From positions 1 to 38,066 of the forward strand of contig JAUWZB010000001.1 in assembly GCA_030615555.1 (NCBI GenBank): DNA of 38,066 nt. The letters are read 5' to 3'. The DNA comes from Dehalococcoidales bacterium. Lineage in GTDB: Bacteria; Chloroflexota; Dehalococcoidia; E44-bin15. The number at the start of each line of letters is the position of its first letter. Position 1 is the first letter of the stretch. The position numbers and the translations under genes were made by a program. Positions 31,382-38,066 of this stretch are shown here, one piece after another. Below the pieces are notes generated by a model. The model saw only the letters and a list, made by a program, of their open reading frames with translations, searched no databases and was not told the origin of the DNA.

Positions 31382-32824
31382 TTAAAGCCTCTCAAACTCT
31401 AACCGCAAAACCTGTTTTGTGCTATCGGTGACCCTCACCCGCTCCGCGATGCGCCAGCCTACCACCCAGAGGATGCCCTCAGGGGAGCAAACCAGGGGCA
31501 CGCAGTCACGCCAGGAGCGGGGGATCTTGGCATCGACCATGAAGTCCTGAAGCCTCTTCGGCTCACCCATGCCCAATGGCTGAAAGCGCTCGCCAGCCCC
31601 GCGAGATCGCACCACCAAATCAGCTCCGGCCTCATCAAGGTCGAGACATGCCCTGAAGCCCTCAGCCCGTCCCCCGGGCGGGATAATCCTTACCCTCACC
31701 CGCCACCCGGGAAGCGCCGTATCCCCAGGCACATTTAGCCGATGCTCCCCCTCTAAAGGGGGGAAAGGGCATGTATCAAGGGCACCTTTGGTCACCAGGC
31801 ATGTGTTATAGCCTACATAAAAAACGAGTCCCCTGGGCAGAGAAAGCCTCCTGCCCGCTGGCTTTGACAGGGCCTCCACCATCTTTTCGATGTGAATAGA
31901 CTGGATATTGACGAGGTCTCCCAAAACCTCGCCCAAGACCCGACGCAGCAGGTGCCGCTGGAGCGCCGGGTGCAGCGATAACAATTCTTTAGTATTGAGC
32001 AGGAGGCCATTGGGCTGCTCGCTGACCACCCGATCCCACACCAGGGAGACCCTTTCCTCAAGGAAGGAGAGGTCATCGGCAGCGGCGCGCGCGGTACGCA
32101 TCAGGGCAGCGCCAACCCTCTTGTTATAACTTTGAAGAAGGGGGATAAGCTCATGGCGAACACGATTTCTGCTGTAATCGAGCGAGTAGTTCGAAAAATC
32201 GCTCCTGGGTCTAAGATTATAGGCGCGGCAGTATTCCTCGGTCTCCTTCCTGGCGACCTCAAGAAGCGGCCTCACCACCAATAAGGCGCCGCGTTTCAGC
32301 GAGCGCCAGGTGGTAATTGGCCCCATCCCCCTCAGTCCCGCCAGACCGGTGCCGCGCACCAGGTGCATCAGGATGGTCTCCACCTGGTCGTCCTGAGTAT
32401 GCCCCAAGGCGATACGCCCTGCCCCGATGGACTCTGCCACCTGGGAGAAAAAATCGTAGCGCACCTCCCGTGCCGCCTCTTCCAGGGAGATCCGACGCTC
32501 CTTTCGATAAGATGCGACATCCCCCTTCTCCACAGTCGCCGGGATGCCCAGGCGCTGGGCTAATTCGGCGACATAGCGAGCATCGGCATCAGCGGAGGCG
32601 CCCCTCAGCATATGGTTAAGGTGCGCCACATGAAGGCTCACCCCCAGGGACTCTTTAAGCTGATCGAGAATATGCAGTAGGCAGACCGAGTCAGGGCCGC
32701 CGGAAACACCAACCAACAGGATTTTTTCGCTTTTTTCGTTCTCCCCACCCCCCAGGCCCCTTCCGCCTTGGATCAGGCCCTCTTTTTGGATGAACTGAAG
32801 CACCCTTTGCTTCAAATCCTCCAT
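31382..32824 (-). CDS. tilS: tRNA(Ile)-lysidine synthase
   Basis: 480 aa with the PP-loop LLVGVSGGPDS. HLNHMLRG, GHTQDDQVET and the C-terminal TilS substrate-binding region are present. Confidence 0.9.
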   Translation of the reverse strand: MEDLKQRVLQFIQKEGLIQGGRGLGGGENEKSEKILLVGVSGGPDSVCLLHILDQLKESLGVSLHVAHLNHMLRGASADADARYVAELAQRLGIPATVEKGDVASYRKERRISLEEAAREVRYDFFSQVAESIGAGRIALGHTQDDQVETILMHLVRGTGLAGLRGMGPITTWRSLKRGALLVVRPLLEVARKETEEYCRAYNLRPRSDFSNYSLDYSRNRVRHELIPLLQSYNKRVGAALMRTARAAADDLSFLEERVSLVWDRVVSEQPNGLLLNTKELLSLHPALQRHLLRRVLGEVLGDLVNIQSIHIEKMVEALSKPAGRRLSLPRGLVFYVGYNTCLVTKGALDTCPFPPLEGEHRLNVPGDTALPGWRVRVRIIPPGGRAEGFRACLDLDEAGADLVVRSRGAGERFQPLGMGEPKRLQDFMVDAKIPRSWRDCVPLVCSPEGILWVVGWRIAERVRVTDSTKQVLRLEFERL

Positions 32825-32827
32825 CGC

Positions 32828-33439
32828 TCAACCACCGCCTTCCAAATGGCAAGTATCATTAAACAGCACCAGGGAGGTACCACGCTCCCCAAAGTTGAGG
32901 ATGCTTATCGAGCCAACACTTAGCCGCAACCTTCTAAAATTGGAAAGGCTCATTCCCAATACCCTTGAGATAATGCTCAAGGTGGCTAAGCTATGACCGA
33001 CCAAGATAACCACCCCTTCAGGGTGCTCCCTGACTATTCTCTCCACCACAGGCCAGGTCCTTTCCTGAAGCTCGGTCATGGACTCCCCTCCGGGCATCCT
33101 TAAAGAAGGGTTATCCTTCATCCACTCCTCCAAAAAATCGCCGTAGCGCTCCGTGATCTCCTCATAGGTGAGCCCGTCCAGCTCCCCGGCATCGACCTCC
33201 TTGAGGGCATCATCGGTCACCACCTCCAGCCCGTGACCGCGCGCGATCTCATCAGCCGTCTCCCGGGCGCGCCTCAGGGGGCTGGAGTAGATAGCAGACA
33301 CATTTTCATCCTTGAGTGCCCGGGCCAATCGCGCCGCTTGTTTGCGCCCAGTTTTGTTTAGCGCGATCTCGGTTTGCCCCAGAACGCGGTTCTCCCGGTT
33401 CCACCTCGTTTCACCATGTCTCACTAGAATAAGCCTCAT
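32828..33439 (-). CDS. histidine phosphatase family protein (GpmB/CobC-like)
   Basis: MRLILVRHGETRWN...GHS. ATG 33439 with GAGGAAGGGG upstream is preferred. The ORF-track N-terminal extension to 33637 would overlap the upstream gene. Confidence 0.8.
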   Translation of the reverse strand: MRLILVRHGETRWNRENRVLGQTEIALNKTGRKQAARLARALKDENVSAIYSSPLRRARETADEIARGHGLEVVTDDALKEVDAGELDGLTYEEITERYGDFLEEWMKDNPSLRMPGGESMTELQERTWPVVERIVREHPEGVVILVGHSLATLSIISRVLGMSLSNFRRLRLSVGSISILNFGERGTSLVLFNDTCHLEGGG

Positions 33440-33504
33440 CTTGCCCCTTCCTCGTATTGGCGCGGCCCAGTTCGAAAAGTTCGAAAAAATCGAGCGCCGC
33501 CATG

Positions 33505-34152
33505 CTACCTGCCCGCCAAGATCAACTTGGTGCGGTGGATCGACCTCGGGGGATCGGGGTAACCCAGGGCCAAAGTTACCTGCTCCGCCCTCCCTGTAGC
33601 GGTGCTGTCGGTGCGCAGGCGCATCCCCAGGGTGCACCTAGATTCCTGCCACCCGATGAGCCAGAGCCGATCCACCAGAGAGCGAAGGTCGTAGTGGCGC
33701 ACCTCGCTGTCCCTCCGATGCTGCCAGGGCAACTGATTTTTCGCCATGAAGGAACGAAGTGCCTCCTCCACCTCCTGCGCCCGCTTATCGGTCGCCAATT
33801 CGACCCGGTATTCCGCCTGCCTGACCTGCGATTGCAGCGAGGAAAGCGGCAGCGCCACTTGCGCCACCCCTACGATGCCAATGCCGCGGGGCAACTGCTC
33901 ACCCACCGTCTTGATAAAAAAATAGGGGGAGACCCTCTTCTGGAGCAGGATGTCCATCAGCTCAGCATCGCTCGTCACCCCGATGGGCAGGGGCGCCGCA
34001 ATGGAGATTCTGGGGTGCGGGCTGAATCCCTGGGAGTAGGCTAGCGGGATGCCGGCACGCCGTAGTGCCCGCTCCCACAACCTCATCAAATCGAGATGAG
34101 AGAGATACTTAACCTCCTCACCCCGGGAAAAGGTGATGCGCAGCCGCTGCAT
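33505..34152 (-). CDS. radical-SAM-linked protein (DUF2344 family)
   Basis: MQRLRITFSRGEEVKYLSHLDLMRLWERALRRAGIPLAYSQGFSPHPRISIAAPLPIGV matches the conserved N-terminus of this family as I recall it. Confidence 0.75.
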   Translation of the reverse strand: MQRLRITFSRGEEVKYLSHLDLMRLWERALRRAGIPLAYSQGFSPHPRISIAAPLPIGVTSDAELMDILLQKRVSPYFFIKTVGEQLPRGIGIVGVAQVALPLSSLQSQVRQAEYRVELATDKRAQEVEEALRSFMAKNQLPWQHRRDSEVRHYDLRSLVDRLWLIGWQESRCTLGMRLRTDSTATGRAEQVTLALGYPDPPRSIHRTKLILAGR

Positions 34153-34153
34153 A

Positions 34154-35407
34154 TCACTCCTTGGTCACCAGGATCTTCTCGATCTTCAGCCCGCGCATCT
34201 CTATGACCACAAGCTTCAAGCCGTTATACCGCAACTGCTCCCCTTCCTTCGGGATATCACCGAGGAAGTTAAGCACAAAACCGGCTACCGTGTCATAATC
34301 GCCTTGGGGCAGCCCTAAACCCAGCTCTTCATTAGCATCCTCCACCCGCATGCTGCCATCGATTTGAACCGTTTGTTCATCGATAAACTCAAAATCCCTC
34401 GCTTCACTGATCAGTTCATCCCCCAGGCGACCCACGATCTCGCCCACCAGTTGCTCCATGGTCACAATACCACTGGTGACACCATACTCGTCAACGACTA
34501 CCACTATGTGATAGCCCTGGGACTGCATCTCCGCGAAAAGCTGGGCGATGCGTTTCGTCTCCGGAACAAAATGAACCGGACGCACTAGCTCATCGATCAC
34601 GCCCTTTTTATCCAACGAACCCTTAGCCTGAGCCATGAGCACATCCTTTATCGACAGGATGCCGATCACGTTGTCGATACTATCCCGATAGACAGGGAAG
34701 CGGGTATGAGGGGATTCGGCGTAGCTGGCGAGGAAGTCAGCTAACTTAGTCCCCTCCTCGATCCAGGCTACCTCAGGTCGAGGCGTCATCACCTCGCGGA
34801 CGCTGCGATCGCCGAACTCAAACACATTATGCAACATCTCAGCCTCAGCCTCCTCCACTGTGCCCTCCTCACGCCCCATAGAGATCATGCTGCGGATCTC
34901 CTCCTCACTCACCAGCGACTGCGTCACCCGAGCCCTCCCCCCGGCAAGCGCCGAGCCTAGCCAGCCTAATCCGGCCGCCATCGGGTAGACAATCATGGTG
35001 ATCGCCTCCAGGGGGTAGACATAGAGCAAAGCCAGTCTCTCTGGGTATCTGATGGCGAAGGTTTTAGGGGTCACCTCAGCGAAGATCAAAAGCAGTATCG
35101 TCACCACGATGGTGGCCACCAGCACCCCAATATCGCCCTCCCAGATGGATAGCGCAACCGCAGTGCCCAGGGCGGCAGCAGCTACATTAACGAAGTTGTT
35201 GCACAGCAGCACCGTCGCCAGTAGCCTCTCCGGCTGCTCCGTGATCCTCGCCACCCGCTTTGCACCACTCACCCCGGTGTCTACCAGATGCCGCACCCGC
35301 GTCTTGGGCAACGAGACAAAGGCAGTCTCCGCGCTGGAGAAGAAGGCGGAGACAACCAGGCAAATAAAAAGAAGCACTAGGTATAGAATACTAGTACTAC
35401 TTAACAC
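34154..35407 (-). CDS. CNNM/HlyC-CorC family membrane protein (DUF21, CBS pair, CorC_HlyC)
   Basis: 417 aa with four N-terminal hydrophobic segments. A CBS-like middle region and the C-terminal DYDTVAGFVL...GLKLVVIEMRGLKIEKILV follow. GTG start with GGGAGGG upstream. Confidence 0.85.
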   Translation of the reverse strand: MLSSTSILYLVLLFICLVVSAFFSSAETAFVSLPKTRVRHLVDTGVSGAKRVARITEQPERLLATVLLCNNFVNVAAAALGTAVALSIWEGDIGVLVATIVVTILLLIFAEVTPKTFAIRYPERLALLYVYPLEAITMIVYPMAAGLGWLGSALAGGRARVTQSLVSEEEIRSMISMGREEGTVEEAEAEMLHNVFEFGDRSVREVMTPRPEVAWIEEGTKLADFLASYAESPHTRFPVYRDSIDNVIGILSIKDVLMAQAKGSLDKKGVIDELVRPVHFVPETKRIAQLFAEMQSQGYHIVVVVDEYGVTSGIVTMEQLVGEIVGRLGDELISEARDFEFIDEQTVQIDGSMRVEDANEELGLGLPQGDYDTVAGFVLNFLGDIPKEGEQLRYNGLKLVVIEMRGLKIEKILVTKE

Positions 35408-35578
35408 GGCAGGATCCCTCCCTTTTTACTCTTTCTGACTCCCTACTCTCATCATATCATTGGCTCCTTCCCCTGTCAAAATTTTTCGTACTGGCCGCTG
35501 CGGTCTTGAAACCCTGCTTCTTTCACTTTTTCGAATTTTACGCGGTGGTATAAGAAAGCCCCTTGTTCAAAAAAGCGA

Positions 35579-35607
35579 TTTACATTGAGCAGAACATTTG
35601 CTATATT
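35579..35607 (+). promoter_or_regulatory. sigma-70-like promoter TTTACA-N17-TATATT
   Basis: The hexamers are close to consensus with 17-nt spacing. It lies 24 nt upstream of the tsaD ATG. Confidence 0.45.
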
Positions 35608-35630
35608 GCCCTAGGGCGAAAGAGCGAAGA

Positions 35631-36623
35631 ATGAAAATTCTCGGCATCGAAACCTCCTGCGATGAAACAGCGGCCGCCGTGGTGCAAGATGGCCAGGAGA
35701 TCCTATCCAATGTCATCGCCTCCCAGGTGGACCTCCATTCCCGCTATGGCGGCATCGTCCCGGAGGTGGCCTCACGCCAGCATTTGCTCGCTGCCATCCC
35801 CATCATCCAAGAGGCGATGGCTCAGGCCCAAACCCACTGGAGCGACCTGGACGCGATCGCGGTTACCATCGGGCCAGGGCTCGCCGGCTCCCTCCTTGTC
35901 GGGGTGAACATCGCCAAGGCCATCGCCCTGGCCCAGGGTCTCCCTCTACTGGGCATAAACCACCTGGAGGGACACATCTATGCCAACTGGCTTGAGGGAA
36001 GCGCCCCGGATCTCCCCGCGCTCTGCCTCATCGTCTCCGGGGGACACAGCGACCTCCTCCTGATGAGGGGGCATGGCGACTATCAACCCCTGGGGAGAAC
36101 CAGGGATGATGCCGCTGGCGAAGCCTTCGATAAGGTGGCCCGGATCCTGGGGCTGGGCTACCCCGGCGGTCCCGCCATAGAGCAGGCCTCCCGCGATGCC
36201 AATAGCGCGCGCTACCGCCTGCCCCGCGCCTGGCTCAAAGATACCGACGACTTCAGCTTCAGTGGATTGAAGACTGCGGTGCTCCACCTTGCGGCAGAAA
36301 AGGGCGAAGAGGGCGGGGAGAACGAAAAAGCCGCTATCGCCGCCAGCTTTCAGGAGGCGGTGGTCGATGTTTTGGTCACCAAAACGGTGTCCGCAGCGAA
36401 GCGGCTGGGCGCTCACCATATCCTCCTCGGTGGCGGCGTTGCCTCGAACCGCCTCCTTCGCCAGAGGATGGCCGCGCGCTCCCCCATCCCCGTGCTCACC
36501 CCCAGCCCCATCCTGTGCACCGATAACGCCGCCATGATCGCCTCCTGTGGCTACTTTCGCCTCACCGCGGGCACGTGCTCAGGCTGGGATCTCGATATAG
36601 CGCCCAACCTCAGGCTGGGATAA
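35631..36623 (+). CDS. tsaD: tRNA N6-adenosine threonylcarbamoyltransferase
   Basis: [18 protein letters not shown]...[11 protein letters not shown]...GINHLEGH...VSGGHS are Kae1/TsaD hallmarks. ATG 35631 is preferred over the ORF-track start. Confidence 0.9.
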   Translation: MKILGIETSCDETAAAVVQDGQEILSNVIASQVDLHSRYGGIVPEVASRQHLLAAIPIIQEAMAQAQTHWSDLDAIAVTIGPGLAGSLLVGVNIAKAIALAQGLPLLGINHLEGHIYANWLEGSAPDLPALCLIVSGGHSDLLLMRGHGDYQPLGRTRDDAAGEAFDKVARILGLGYPGGPAIEQASRDANSARYRLPRAWLKDTDDFSFSGLKTAVLHLAAEKGEEGGENEKAAIAASFQEAVVDVLVTKTVSAAKRLGAHHILLGGGVASNRLLRQRMAARSPIPVLTPSPILCTDNAAMIASCGYFRLTAGTCSGWDLDIAPNLRLG

Positions 36624-36776
36624 AGCCCCGATGCCAAAAGGCGTTTGAGTGAGCTATAGCAATCTTCAAAGAAGTTATGCGGAGCAAAAGGGCATATAAG
36701 CATGTTTTAGTGCCCGAAATTGGCTATAAAAGGCTGTTTACTCACTTGCGGCATTAAGCAATCTAGGTTAGTATAA

Positions 36777-36803
36777 TTAGCACTCTCATGGTGAGACTGC
36801 TAA
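36777..36803. promoter_or_regulatory. CIRCE operator (HrcA site) TTAGCACTC-N9-GACTGCTAA, preceded by the -10 hexamer TATAAT (36772-36777)
   Basis: One mismatch to the consensus TTAGCACTC-N9-GAGTGCTAA. It lies 14 nt upstream of the groES start. Confidence 0.8.
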
Positions 36804-36816
36804 TAGGAGGTTAAGC

Positions 36817-37110
36817 GTGGCAATTAAGTTACAGCCGTTAGGAGACCGGGTGGTGGTGCGGCCAACAGGCGAGGAAGAGGTAACCAAGGGGGGCATTATA
36901 TTGCCCGATACCGCAAAGGAGAAGCCGCAGCGGGGCGTGGTCATCGCCGTGGGCCCAGGGAGGTCAGATGAGGAGGGCAAGCGAGTCCCCATGGAGGTGA
37001 AAAAGGGCGACAAGGTGATCTACTCCAAGTATGCCGGCACTGAGATCAAGCAGAACGATGAAGAGGTTTTGATCCTGCGGGAGAGCGATATCCTGGCTAA
37101 GTTCAGCTAA
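36817..37110 (+). CDS. groES: co-chaperonin GroES
   Basis: 97 aa. [14 protein letters not shown]...[27 protein letters not shown] start with RBS AGGAGG. Confidence 0.95.
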   Translation: MAIKLQPLGDRVVVRPTGEEEVTKGGIILPDTAKEKPQRGVVIAVGPGRSDEEGKRVPMEVKKGDKVIYSKYAGTEIKQNDEEVLILRESDILAKFS

Positions 37111-37113
37111 TAA

Positions 37114-38066
<953 letters not shown>

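Overview
This 38-kb window comes from a moderately GC-rich genome whose gene content suggests an anaerobe. Taxonomy cannot be established from the sequence alone.

Layout:
1. 1-308: 5'-truncated metF.
2. 309-2424: a gene-poor patch that looks AT-richer by eye. It holds an SCP2-domain gene, a decayed histidine-kinase 3' fragment and a 39-codon membrane-peptide ORF.
3. Two paralogous NarL/LuxR-type two-component pairs lie as mirror images: HK1/RR1 on the minus strand (2425-5188) and RR2/HK2 on the plus strand (27702-30803). They bracket a ~22-kb redox module.
4. 5445-16193: a plus-strand operon. In order it encodes two stand-alone Lrp/AsnC ligand-binding (RAM) domain proteins, a RAM-HdrC fusion and HdrB. 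Next come a 1107-aa HdrA with an inserted GltD/NfnB-like NAD(P)H module and a CobO-like adenosyltransferase. It ends with a short sigma-54, a [FeFe]-hydrogenase-like (HydS-type) sensor fused to a histidine kinase, and an NtrC-type activator.
5. 16255-17390: an intrinsic terminator, a textbook -24/-12 promoter, and a receiver protein with two Cx12Cx5Cx2C modules.
6. 17480-27412: a convergent minus-strand operon. It encodes an 8-Cys protein, NuoE/HoxE, an extended NuoF/HoxF, a Cys-type formate dehydrogenase, a degenerate NuoG/FDH paralog, and the [NiFe] hydrogenase small and large subunits.
7. 30969-31312: a tmRNA-like ncRNA locus with its own promoter and terminator, but with an inconsistent 3' end.
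8. 31382-38066: housekeeping genes tilS, a histidine phosphatase, a radical-SAM-linked protein, a CNNM/CorC protein, tsaD, and CIRCE-groES-groEL (3' truncated).

I saw no CRISPR array, rRNA, transposase or integrase.

The best candidate for an undescribed system is the sigma-54 / hydrogenase-domain sensor kinase / NtrC / sigma-54-promoter / Cys-module receiver cascade. It sits between an Hdr operon and an operon that combines FDH with a [NiFe] hydrogenase. All functional calls rest on motifs read by eye from the translations. No database search was run.
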